61,561 nt of DNA from an uncultured Thermomicrobiales bacterium (GCA_964244115.1 CAXTHM010000016.1:1-61561); one strand, 5' to 3'; shown: positions 38,701-47,964, counted from the stretch's first letter. A program made the numbers and translations. The notes: generated by a model not told the origin, from the letters alone.

Positions 38701-40448
38701 AGAACGGCATCGCCGTCCCCACGGGCGTGGGGGTGAACCGGGATTTGTTGTAGGTTTGGCTCAGAACTGCTAGCCGTCCCCACGGGCGTGGGGGTGAACC
38801 GAATCCGCTTCAGCCCTGGTAGGAGCGCCGAACGCCGTCCCCACGGGCGTGGGGGTGAACCGAATCAGGGCCGGACGATGCGTCCGCCAGCCCTGCCGTC
38901 CCCACGGGCGTGGGGGTGAACCGATGATTGCCCGGCGGGACGACATCGCGGCGAAGCCGTCCCCACGGGCGTGGGGGTGAACCGATCGAGGACTACCCGC
39001 GAGCGAACCACGTCAAGCCGTCCCCACGGGCGTGGGGGTGAACCGAGCAACTGATCGTCCTGGCGCATGGTCCGAGTGCCGTCCCCACGGGCGTGGGGGT
39101 GAACCGATGTACCATGAAGATAATTACACTGAAAATTCGCCGTCCCCACGGGCGTGGGGGTGAACCGAAATACCTCGTTGCATCGTTCACACTCGCAGAG
39201 CCGTCCCCACGGGCGTGGGGGTGAACCGATTTCATCAAGATCACTCGTGTAGGACGCTCCGCCGTCCCCACGGGCGTGGGGGTGAACCGGTCCCCAAGGC
39301 CGGAGACGATGGTGGACGTGAGCCGTCCCCACGGGCGTGGGGGTGAACCGATCACCTCCAACCACAGGGTTGGAAGATATGCGCCGTCCCCACGGGCGTG
39401 GGGGTGAACCGATCCTGACCGAACTCATCGTCATCGTCCATCAGCCGTCCCCACGGGCGTGGGGGTGAACCGCCTGCAGGAGACACCATTCCTCCACATG
39501 ACCGGCCGTCCCCACGGGCGTGGGGGTGAACCGGGGAGGGACCGCGACGGGATCCTGTTCGTGTCGCCGTCCCCACGGGCGTGGGGGTGAACCGAACGGC
39601 GAACCGATCTGTCCGTCCTCCGGCTCGCCGTCCCCACGGGCGTGGGGGTGAACCGCTGTTCGTCACCACGACCCCACCCTCGCCGGCGCCGTCCCCACGG
39701 GCGTGGGGGTGAACCGGGGTCTCGCCGTCCGCCGGCGGGGTGAAGGGGGCCGTCCCCACGGGCGTGGGGGTGAACCGACCTCAGCTGGATGACCGGGCCG
39801 GTCGAGGTCGCCGTCCCCACGGGCGTGGGGGTGAACCGATCGTGCCCAACGACGACGACGCGATCGTATTGCCGTCCCCACGGGCGTGGGGGTGAACCGA
39901 AGGTCAGTACTCGTGACTTTGTACAGTTCGTGCCGTCCCCACGGGCGTGGGGGTGAACCGTCACTCGCACGCCTGACACACACGCGCACGGGGCCGTCCC
40001 CACGGGCGTGGGGGTGAACCGAAAGGACACGCGAAAATGGCAACTTTCACGTAGCCGTCCCCACGGGCGTCGGGGTGAACCGATTGAGCGTAACATCGCG
40101 GCTGGCAAGTTCGGGCCGTCCCCACGGGCGTGGGGGTGAACCGTTGGCACACGACTACCCAATCATAGGCAGAGAGCCGTCCCCACGGGCGTGGGGGTGA
40201 ACCGGCCCGCGACATCCAGCCCGGTCGCTAGCCGTGGCCGTCCCCACGGGCGTGGGGGTGAACCGGCGGGGTCGGCGCTGCTGATCGTCGATCAACAGCC
40301 GTCCCCACGGGCGTGGGGGTGAACCGAAGATGACGTTGCAATCGCTTTTATCGCTATTGCCGTCCCCACGGGCGTGGGGGTGAACCGTTCCATTCGTCCC
40401 GATGGGATCGGGACGGATAGCCGTCCCCACGGGCGTGGGGGTGAACCG
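32734..40448 (+). CRISPR. Type I-E CRISPR array: 127 repeats, 126 spacers
   Basis: 29-nt repeat GCCGTCCCCACGGGCGTGGGGGTGAACCG (stem CCCCAC/GTGGGG, I-E-like ...AACCG end). I tracked the repeat start line by line: it shifts exactly 1 column per 60-nt line across the whole array, so the period is strictly 61 nt and every spacer is 32 nt. Internal variants at 36414 (G>A) and 40071 (G>C); last-base variants at 35446, 36605, 37154 and 38679. Confidence 0.98.
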
Positions 40449-40948
40449 TACGACGCGCTGATCGAACGTCCGGGGTTCCAGACGATGGCGAAGACCACGT
40501 TGCCGCTGATCGCGTTGGCCTTGCTGGTCGCGTCGGTCACCGCCGATCGGGCGTTGGCCAGTCGGAGGCGTTGTTCGGTGTCGTCGGCGCGTTGTCTGGC
40601 GAGGTCACGCTCCTCTGCTGCCCACTGAAGCTCCGTCTTGTTCGCGTCCTCGGCCTGCGTGAACTGCGCGATCGCCTGCGCGAACGTGATGTTTCGTGTC
40701 CGGGCGAAGTCCTTGATCGCGGCATTGGTCCGGCGCTCGGTCTGAAGCGCCGACTTGAGACCACTGACGTCCTCGCCGGTCTTCTGGTCATCGCCGGACC
40801 GGTCAGGATCGCCCTGATGGTCCCGGTCGGTCTGGCCGTCTCCGGCCTCGTTCCCGTCGCCTTCGTCGTCGCCCGCGGAGCCCCCGCCTGCGCCGCCGTC
40901 ACTTTCGGGTGTGAAGAACTGCCGTCCGAAGAAAGGCTTGCCGAGCAT
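40449..40948 (-). pseudogene. Phage scaffolding-protein-like gene, 3' end truncated at the CRISPR repeat
   Basis: MLGKPFFGRQFFTPESDGGAGGGSAGDDEGDGNEAGDG... (acidic/Gly-rich), then coiled-coil-like LKSALQTERRTNAAIKDFARTRNITFAQAIAQFTQAEDANKTELQWAAEERDLARQRADDTEQRL. AGGAG lies 4 nt upstream of ATG 40948. The frame continues into repeat 127 with no stop of its own. Confidence 0.4.
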
Positions 40949-41077
40949 CCCGCTCCTGCTCCCAGAGAGGCCCGGCATCCCGCCGAGCCGAAAACGCAAA
41001 ACGGCCGAACCGCACACCTCTGTCTGGTGTGCTGGTTCGGCCTCACGGGTCGCTATTGCGTTATGAATATGAGGACA

Positions 41078-41266
41078 TCAGACGGTCGGTTCGGGTCCGT
41101 TGCCTTTTGGCTGCCCGTCAGCGATTCGCATGGCCGGCCAGACCCTCGTGGCTCCGCACCGACAGACGATCTGGACAATGGCACCGGGCGACGTTCGGCA
41201 TAGCAGCCGGTTGCAGTCCCGCTTGTGGCAGCGGACCTCGACCAGTTCGACCGTTAAAGCGACCAT
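41078..41266 (-). CDS. Small Zn-ribbon protein, Com-like (phage Mu Com-type)
   Basis: 62 aa: ...VEVRCHKRDCNRLLCRTSPGAIVQIVCRCGATRV. It has the two Cys pairs and spacing seen in Mu Com-type zinc fingers (RCxxCxxLL......CxxCG). GGAGCGGGA upstream. Confidence 0.4.
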   Translation of the reverse strand: MVALTVELVEVRCHKRDCNRLLCRTSPGAIVQIVCRCGATRVWPAMRIADGQPKGNGPEPTV

Positions 41267-41268
41267 AT

Positions 41269-41607
41269 TTATCCCGCTCCAGACTCATCGCGCCGAGGGA
41301 AGTTGTCCCAGTCGATGGGGATCAGCCCACGCTCATGCCGTTGACGATCGACTCGGGTCTGGACCCGTTCATCCAGCGCATCAGCGATGGCTCGCGCCCG
41401 TGCTCGGTCCTCCGATGTCATCTCTGTGTAGCGGATGCCGTGGTCGCCTGGGAACGACAAGCGATGAGCGGTGTCCCCATTCCAGATTGCCAAGGGGATG
41501 CGATCTGGAAAGGCAGCGCACGTCAACCGTGGACGGCCGATCTGATGCCGACAAGACGCGCAGGTAGGGCTGGAAACGTGATAGTCACGAGCTCGATCGT
41601 CCATCAT
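41269..41607 (-). CDS. Hypothetical Cys-rich protein (CxxC...C-AFPDRIP...FPGDHGIRY)
   Basis: Intact 112-aa frame with coding-like composition. ATG 41607 overlaps the upstream stop in an ATGA arrangement, suggesting translational coupling. I recognise no family with certainty. Confidence 0.4.
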   Translation of the reverse strand: MMDDRARDYHVSSPTCASCRHQIGRPRLTCAAFPDRIPLAIWNGDTAHRLSFPGDHGIRYTEMTSEDRARARAIADALDERVQTRVDRQRHERGLIPIDWDNFPRRDESGAG

Positions 41608-42740
41608 TCCGAGGGCTCCCATTGATTCAGTCGACGATAGACGATGAGTTCCATCCTGTGGAGTTCGCTAAGTAGCAAATGCATCTCTTCGTCTTGGGCT
41701 ATCCGACTGGCCGAGTAGGTCGTCGGTACAAGGCGCCCCCTGGCGAAGTCATAGATCTCTCCGACTTCTTCCAGGCCTCTAAAAAACCAGCCGCCAGGAG
41801 GACGTTCGACATCATACCCATAGGCACCTGACACAATCGTGATGCCGGCCATATTGTTCTCGGCCAAGCGAGCGACATCACCATCAGACGGGGGTAAGAC
41901 GTTCTCCCGGGACTCAAGGGGTGATTGTGAACCATTCGAAAGTTCGTCATTCGAGGGCGAGTCGGGTTGGCAGGGTCGTTGAGTAATAGCTCAGTCGGAA
42001 CACCGACTTCGTCAGCACTGCCTCTGCCGATGAAGACCTGTCTCCTTTCGTCATCGTAGAGATAGACATACTCCAACTCCTGGTTCTGAATGTGACGCAA
42101 CGCTTCCTCAGGAGTCCGGTCATCAAGGTCCAGCGAGGTCGTGTTGGTCGATCCGCGGTAAAGGGGTCGTCGCCCGAGTCGGGACAGAGCGAGCACGTCC
42201 CGCTGCGATCGCTGCCAGATGGATCGCCCCCACTGCGGGTGCTCCCGGATGCCGACGAAGTCGCCCAGCCCGACTCGCCCATCGGGGTACACCGCGTAGG
42301 CGGTCCCCATCCGTTGCCGCTGAAAGGCCTCCGGCTGTCGGCGGAACCACCCCTCCCCTGTCTCCGGCACGCCCGACGGCGTATTCACGGCCAGTGGGGC
42401 CAGCGAGCACCGGCACGACGGGTGGGCCTCCATGACGTACCCGACCGGGAAGACCTGGCCGTGCCGATGCAGGCAGGCCGGGCACGTCCGCAGCGACAAC
42501 GACGCGATCCACTGGACAACCCGCAGGGCATCCTCTGACGCGACGTGGCGCTCGCGGGTGCATCACCTCGGTCCAGATCGCCGTCCGCGTCCGGGCGTCT
42601 GGGCGTCCGTCGCCGGGTCGTCGAGGATCCGCCGGATCGCGGCGAACGATGACGTCGTCGTTCACCGCGATCGCTAGTTCGGCGATCGTCACGGGCAGCC
42701 CGCGTTCAATCGTCGCCGACGCCCTGGAACTGGAACTAGA
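41604..42740 (-). pseudogene. MuF/SPP1-gp7-type head-morphogenesis gene remnant with a C-terminal RadC-like JAB/MPN-like domain; at least 2 frameshifts, N-terminus missing
   Basis: Three minus-strand frames join into ...TIERGLPVTIAELAIAV...ARTRTAIWTEVMH / RERHVASEDALRVVQWIASLSLRTCPACLHRHGQVFPVGYVMEAHPSCRCSLAP (MuF RTE...W...RTCxxC...HPxCRC) ... ELEYVYLYD...FRMVHNHPLSPG / ENVLPPSDGDVARLAENNMAGITIV (HxHP...PSxxD, JAMM-like). Shifts near 42560 and 41905. Confidence 0.4.
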
Positions 42741-43083
42741 ACTGGAGGGAAGGGTGCAAAAGGAGGACGCGGCGACACGACCGGATAGCGGTCCGGCATT
42801 CGGGGACGCGGGTCTCATGCGTCAGGGCTCCCTGGCGGGACCGGATGGCTCGACACCTCCAGTCTCCCGAGGAGCCCACATCATTTTCCCGTGACAGCAT
42901 GGTGGGCCTCCCCCGACCAGCCACCGCCGCGGCCATCGCCACGCGTGGCGCATGACGGCGCAGACGCGGTCCGCCCTGTCCCCGCCCCGTCGTCAGGCCA
43001 CCCACCGGTTTTCGCGAATGCGATGACGGACGCGCCGCACCGTCCGACGCGACGCCGGCGACGAAGGGATCGTCGGTCCGGCC

Positions 43084-45405
43084 CTACGCCTCGCCTGACA
43101 CCCAGTTCCCGGACGGGAGCGAGGCCTGGATCGGGGTCAGGGCGGCGGCGGGAAGGGAGACGACATAATAGTTGCCGATGCCGGGGATCGCGCCGAGCTC
43201 GGCCATCGTCTCGGCATCGATCGGATCGTCGACGTTGATGACGGTGATCGCCTCGGCCCGCGGGCTGTGCCGGCCGAGTTGCATCCCGGCGATGTTGACG
43301 CCGTGCCGCCCGAGGATCGTCCCGATCATGCCGATCATCCCCGGCTGGTCGGTGTGGTGCGTGATCAGCACGTAGCCGTTCAGACCGCGCTCGAACGGGA
43401 ACCGGTCGACCTCGACGATCTCCGCGTTCGAGCGGTCCCAGCGGACGGTGACGTGGTGGGGTGGGTCCGAGGCCGCCGTCAGCGTGAACTCCGGCAGCCG
43501 GTTGGCCCGGTTGTCGCCCTGGACGATCCGCAGGCTCATCCCGATCTCGTTGGCGATCAGCCGGGCGTTGACGGGCGTGACCCGTTGCTTCGCCCAGACC
43601 TGGAGGGCCTCGGCCAGCGCCACGCCCAGGGTGTGCTCGGCGATGTCCATCGGGACGTTGCCGTGGACCGTCAGCCGGAAGCCCGGCGCACCCGCCGGTT
43701 GCAGCACCGTCAGCAGGCGCCCGGCGGCGGCGGCGATCTCGGACAGTCGCCGCAGCGCCGGACCTTCCAGCGACGCGGCCGGCAGGTTGACGGCGTTCGG
43801 CACGGCTTCGCCCCGGAGCGCTGCCAGCGTCGTCGTGCTGATCACCTCGCCGATCGCTGCCAGCGCCTCGGCGCTCGACCCGCCGATGTGCGGGGTGACG
43901 ACGACGTTCGGCAGCCCGAACAGCGGGCTCGTCGTGGTCGGCTCGATCGGGAAGACGTCGACGGCCGCCGCCGCGACGTGGCCGGAACGGAGCGCCTCGG
44001 CCAGCGCCTCCTGATCGACGATCTCCCCCCGGGCGACGTTGAGCACGATCGCGCCAGGCTTCAACCTGGTGATCGTCTCGCGGTTCAGCATCCGGGCCGT
44101 CTCGGGTGTGACCGGGACATGGAAGGTGACGATGTCACTGGTCGCGAACAATTCGTCCAGCCCGACCGGCCGGACACCGAGCTCGTCGAACCGGGCCGGG
44201 GAGATCAGCGGGTCGTAGGCGATCACGTTCATGTCGAACGCGACCAGTCGCCGGGCGACGACCGAGCCGACGTGGCCGAGCCCGACGATGCCGATCGTCC
44301 GTCCGGCGAGATCGACCGGCTTGTAGCGCTTGCGGTCCCATGTCCCGGTGTGGAGGGTCGCATTGGCGTCGGTGATCTTCCGGGTCAGGGCGAGGAGGAG
44401 TCCGATCGTGTGCTCGCCGGCCGAGGTCGCGTTGGCACCCGGCGCGTTCAGGACGAGGACGCCGGCTGCGGTCGCCGCCGGGATGTCGATGTTGTCGACA
44501 CCGACGCCCGCCCGGGCCACGACGCGCAGTTGCCGAGCGGCGGCGAAGACCGCGGCCGTGACCTGCGTCTCACTGCGGACGACCAGCGCGTCGGCATCGA
44601 CGACGGCGTCGAGCAGCGCCGCCACGTTGGTCCCGTCGACATCGATGATCTCGGCGGCCGCGAGCAACCGCTCACGGGCCAGCGGGTGAAGCTGGTCGCT
44701 GACGACCACCTTCGGTCGATCGTGACGCGGGGGTTGCGCCGTGCCCGTCTCGTCACCGACCGTCGCCCCCTGCGCCGTCATGACCCGTTCCCGGACCCAG
44801 TCGCCGATCCGGGCGAGGTCGGGGGCGTCGATGATGTGGGTGGCGGACTCGGGCGTGACCTCGGCCATCGGGCCGATCGGCTGTCCAGCGTCCTCGGTCG
44901 CGAGCAGGTAGCAGTCGATCCCGGCGGCGGCGTAGTTCCGGGCATGACGCTCGCTGTCCTCGACGGCGGCGGCGCAGCCCTGCCGCTGGGCGACGGTGAC
45001 CTTGTCGTCGGCGAAGAAGAGCTCGATCGGGGGGAAGCCGTGGCCGCTCAGCCAGTCGGAGGTCATCCGGGCCGAACCGGCCGGCCGGGCCGTGATGATC
45101 ACGACATTGGCGGCCCCGAGCACGGCTTGCACGTCGCGGATGAACGCGACCGCCCCCGGCGCGGTCGCGAGGCGGCTGGCCGGGCCGTCAGGGCTGTAGA
45201 CCCAGTCGCGCACGCTGTCCGGGACGTTGAGCCCGGCGCTGTCGACGAAGGCCCGCTCCGGCAGATCGATCCCGAACTGCTCGGAGGCGGCGTGGGCGAG
45301 GGGGCGCGGGTGCTCGGTCAGGACGCCGTCGAGGTCCACCCCGAGGCGGAACGGGGCAACAGCCGTGATGGCGGCGGGCGTGGCAGGCTCGGTGGCGTTC
45401 AGCAC
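43084..45405 (-). CDS. serA: Fusion: HAD-superfamily phosphatase domain + D-3-phosphoglycerate dehydrogenase (type I, with ASB and ACT domains)
   Basis: N-terminus LGVDLDGVLTEHP (HAD motif I DxDG) ...VVIITARP...; then ARAGVGVDNIDIPAATAAGVLVLNAPGANATSAGEH...GRTIGIVGLGHVGSVVARR...LNVARGEIVDQEAL...VVVTPHIGGSS (2-hydroxyacid dehydrogenase), and a C-terminal ACT-like HTDQPGMIGMIGTILGRHGVNIAGMQLGR. GTG start. Confidence 0.85.
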   Translation of the reverse strand: MLNATEPATPAAITAVAPFRLGVDLDGVLTEHPRPLAHAASEQFGIDLPERAFVDSAGLNVPDSVRDWVYSPDGPASRLATAPGAVAFIRDVQAVLGAANVVIITARPAGSARMTSDWLSGHGFPPIELFFADDKVTVAQRQGCAAAVEDSERHARNYAAAGIDCYLLATEDAGQPIGPMAEVTPESATHIIDAPDLARIGDWVRERVMTAQGATVGDETGTAQPPRHDRPKVVVSDQLHPLARERLLAAAEIIDVDGTNVAALLDAVVDADALVVRSETQVTAAVFAAARQLRVVARAGVGVDNIDIPAATAAGVLVLNAPGANATSAGEHTIGLLLALTRKITDANATLHTGTWDRKRYKPVDLAGRTIGIVGLGHVGSVVARRLVAFDMNVIAYDPLISPARFDELGVRPVGLDELFATSDIVTFHVPVTPETARMLNRETITRLKPGAIVLNVARGEIVDQEALAEALRSGHVAAAAVDVFPIEPTTTSPLFGLPNVVVTPHIGGSSAEALAAIGEVISTTTLAALRGEAVPNAVNLPAASLEGPALRRLSEIAAAAGRLLTVLQPAGAPGFRLTVHGNVPMDIAEHTLGVALAEALQVWAKQRVTPVNARLIANEIGMSLRIVQGDNRANRLPEFTLTAASDPPHHVTVRWDRSNAEIVEVDRFPFERGLNGYVLITHHTDQPGMIGMIGTILGRHGVNIAGMQLGRHSPRAEAITVINVDDPIDAETMAELGAIPGIGNYYVVSLPAAALTPIQASLPSGNWVSGEA

Positions 45406-45887
45406 GGTCGACGGTCCTCGTGGCGCCCGTCGTGGCCCACGCGCGGGCCAGGTCAGGTCGCCGTGACGCCCGCCGGTCGCCCCGCTGCGACCCGGCCAGA
45501 CAGGGACACCCGCCCGGCGTCAGCGCCCGGCGAAATGCGTTCTCTTCGGTTCCGTGAGCGTAGCACCGCGCCGGTCTGCCGGGCAACATGAGCGGCTCGA
45601 ACGGCGTCCGATGACGATTGCGGGAACCGCTCGATTGCTGGCTCCCATCTCCGGAATGAGGAAGGGATCCCGTCCAGATGGTTCGTGATGATGGATGGCA
45701 CCCGTTCACCTCTCGTGCGCGGCTCATCGGTCACCGCCGGAGAATCCCCTTCCACGGCCAGTGTCGCCAAAAGACGGGCCATGGGGAACAGGATGTGCGG
45801 CGGAGCACCGGGCCTTACCAGCATCGGTACGCTGGCGGTGCGACTAGCGGACTCGCGTGGGATGCAGGATACGGATGGAGTGACAGC

Positions 45888-46721
45888 ATGGAGCGGTCGA
45901 CAACAGCGTTCTCGATAACCGGGCTCCTCGACCGCGGCGGGGCGATCATCGCCCTCGCCCTTAGTTTGACTCCGCTCGCCGGGGCGCAGGACGCGACCCC
46001 GGACACGGCGACCCCGACGACGGGTGGTGGTGGCGTGATCGTCGCCAGCGCCGACCCGGCCCCGGTGATTCCGGAACCCGTCGATGGTGAGGTCACCGTC
46101 GTGGCCTACGGTCCGCTCGACGCGTTCAACATCCCGATCATCGTCGTCAACGGCACCGACGAGGCGGTCGAGGATGTCGAGATCGCCGTCTCGGTCGCTG
46201 GCGAGACAGGCCCGCCAGGCGCCGGTATCGACGATTCGACCCCGGTCGCCGAGGACGGCGTCCCGGACGACAGCGTCGCGGTCGATGACGCTCCGGCCAT
46301 CACCGGTCGCGGGCTGAGCCTGTTCCCGGACGCTCTCGGACCGGGTGAGGTCGCGATCGGCGCCATCACCTTCGACGGGGCCGACGTCGCGCCGGACGCC
46401 GAGCTGACCTTCACGATCACCACGCTGCCGGTCCGCGAGAGCAACCTCGACGAGCTCGACCTCGAGCTGTCCGACGTGTCATTCACCGACGGCACCTTCA
46501 CCGGCACCGCGACTAACGCGTCCGGGCAGGACATCCCCGGCGCCGTCAACGTCCGCGCCGTCTGCCAGGATGCCGACGGCAACCTGACCGGCTATGTGTC
46601 CGGCTACCTCGATGAGGACGGCCTCGCCGACGGCGCATCGTCGCCGTTCGCGCTCAGCGTCCCGCCGACGATCAGGTCCTGCGACGCCTGGCTGATCTCC
46701 GCCGGTGGCCGCAACTTCTAG
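45888..46721 (+). CDS. Secreted hypothetical protein
   Basis: ATG 45888 gives MERSTTAFSITGLLDRGGAIIALALSLTPLAGAQDA (signal peptide), a Thr/Pro/Gly linker, then acidic beta-rich sequence. No family recognised. Confidence 0.5.
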   Translation: MERSTTAFSITGLLDRGGAIIALALSLTPLAGAQDATPDTATPTTGGGGVIVASADPAPVIPEPVDGEVTVVAYGPLDAFNIPIIVVNGTDEAVEDVEIAVSVAGETGPPGAGIDDSTPVAEDGVPDDSVAVDDAPAITGRGLSLFPDALGPGEVAIGAITFDGADVAPDAELTFTITTLPVRESNLDELDLELSDVSFTDGTFTGTATNASGQDIPGAVNVRAVCQDADGNLTGYVSGYLDEDGLADGASSPFALSVPPTIRSCDAWLISAGGRNF

Positions 46722-47192
46722 CCGACCACCGAGACCAACGGAGACCGACGGCGCCGGCGAATCTCGCTGGCGCCGTCGGTCGCTTTTCTCTGGATGCGGA
46801 CTCGGCTCACGGTCGAGTCGGCCTGGCCGGTCGAGCGGTGCGGCCAGGAAGCCAGGATCATGGCCATCATCGGCCGGCCTCCCGGCCTCCCGGCTTCCCA
46901 GTCCACCAGCTCCGGACTGATGCCGTCGTCGCCGGCAGCGCGGCAGATCAGATCGACGATCGAGCCGCCGGTCGCGACGATCGCGTTACCGTGGAACGCC
47001 CGTGGCCGCCCGACCAACGGGGGAGACAACGATCGTGGCCCGAAACCACTGGCGACCTGGCAGCCGGTGCCGGGCCGGCGGGGTGATCCCGAGCAACGCC
47101 CGCGCACAGGAGGCCAGGACGGCGTCGACGATGCCGATCGGGGGAACGCGAACGAGACGAGGACGTGGCGGGGTCGTGCCGGACGGTCACGG

Positions 47193-47735
47193 TCAGGACG
47201 CGCCCGCGCCGGTCTGCCGGGCCGCGTGGTGGGCGTCGACCTCTTCCCGCGGCATCGCGAAGGTGAACATCCGATCAGCGTCGATCCGGGCATATTGCGC
47301 CGGCGGACCCCACTCCATCCAGCCCGGACCGTAGATCTCGAGGCAGAGGTCCCGCAGGCCGCTCATCGCCGCGTCGTCGATGTCGATCAGGGCGCAGGTC
47401 CCATGGACGATGACGGCGAGGGATTCACCCGGCAGGTGGGTGGCGGAGACGGCCGGCCGGGCGCGGATGTGTCGGAACCGGGCCGAGTCCGGCGCCGAAC
47501 CGAACCAGAACCGACCCCGGTAGAACAGGCCGTCGACCGGGGCCGTCCGGGGCTCGCCGGCGGCCGTCACGGTGGCGAGAGTCAGGAGGCGCATCCCCGT
47601 CAGCCGCTCGGTGAGTTGCGCGGCGGTCAGCCGGCGCTCGGGACTGAAGATGCTGGACAGGTGCGGACCGACCCCGACGGTGCTCCGGTCGAGCAGGGCC
47701 TGGAGGTCGGTGAGGTCGGACGGGCGCTCGTGCAT
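47193..47735 (-). CDS. Pyridoxamine 5'-phosphate oxidase-family (split-barrel, possibly F420/FMN-dependent) protein
   Basis: ATG 47735 (GGGGGAG upstream): MHERPSDLTDLQALLDRS...MRLLTLATVTAAGEPRTAPVDGLFYRGRFWFGSAPDSARFRHIRARPAVSATH is the typical PPOX-class pattern. The upstream 134 codons of the track ORF look non-coding. Confidence 0.7.
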   Translation of the reverse strand: MHERPSDLTDLQALLDRSTVGVGPHLSSIFSPERRLTAAQLTERLTGMRLLTLATVTAAGEPRTAPVDGLFYRGRFWFGSAPDSARFRHIRARPAVSATHLPGESLAVIVHGTCALIDIDDAAMSGLRDLCLEIYGPGWMEWGPPAQYARIDADRMFTFAMPREEVDAHHAARQTGAGAS

Positions 47736-47964
47736 GCATACTCCCCCGGTGAGGTGCCGAATGCGGCCGGTGACCGTCACCGGTCCGAACCACCGATGAT
47801 GACACCGAAACCGGACACCGCCGATCCGCATTCCCATCAGCCGACGAACGCGCCGCCCGATCGGCACCGGCTGGCCCTGCCCACCGTGGCGGAGACCGAT
47901 CGCGACGCCGGCACGACACCACAGGACACGAGGCAACGATGCAGACGCCCCGCGGCGATCGAAG

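Larger units (their letters stand above)
40449..42800 (-). mobile_element. Decayed prophage fragment (head-morphogenesis module remnant) abutting the array
   Basis: Minus-strand gene order is MuF-like, two small ORFs, then scaffold-like, matching tailed-phage head modules. GC is visibly lower at 41.0-42.1 kb, and there are frameshifts and a truncation. The left boundary (~42.8 kb) is approximate. Confidence 0.5.

Noticed and set aside
32328-40430. Dozens of long minus-strand ORFs across 32.3-40.4 kb with recurring peptides HPHARGDG / FTPTPVGTA / GSPPRPWGR
   Set aside because: They are translations of the 29-nt CRISPR repeat in its three frames, linked by 32-nt spacers that happen to lack stops. 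The 61-nt period rotates the frame. They are not genes.
42800-43083. Integrase, tRNA or att site marking the outer edge of the prophage remnant
   Set aside because: No tRNA-like sequence, integrase ORF or direct repeat of the junction sequence was visible. The boundary stays approximate.
45406-45887. Possible T-box or glycine/serine-related riboswitch in the ~480-nt region upstream of the HAD-serA fusion
   Set aside because: I looked for the T-box core (GGGTGGTACCGCG) and the glycine-riboswitch GGAGAG...CACCGAAGGGGCAA pattern on the minus strand. Only weak partial resemblance (GGAACCGAAGAGAAC) was found, which is not enough to call.
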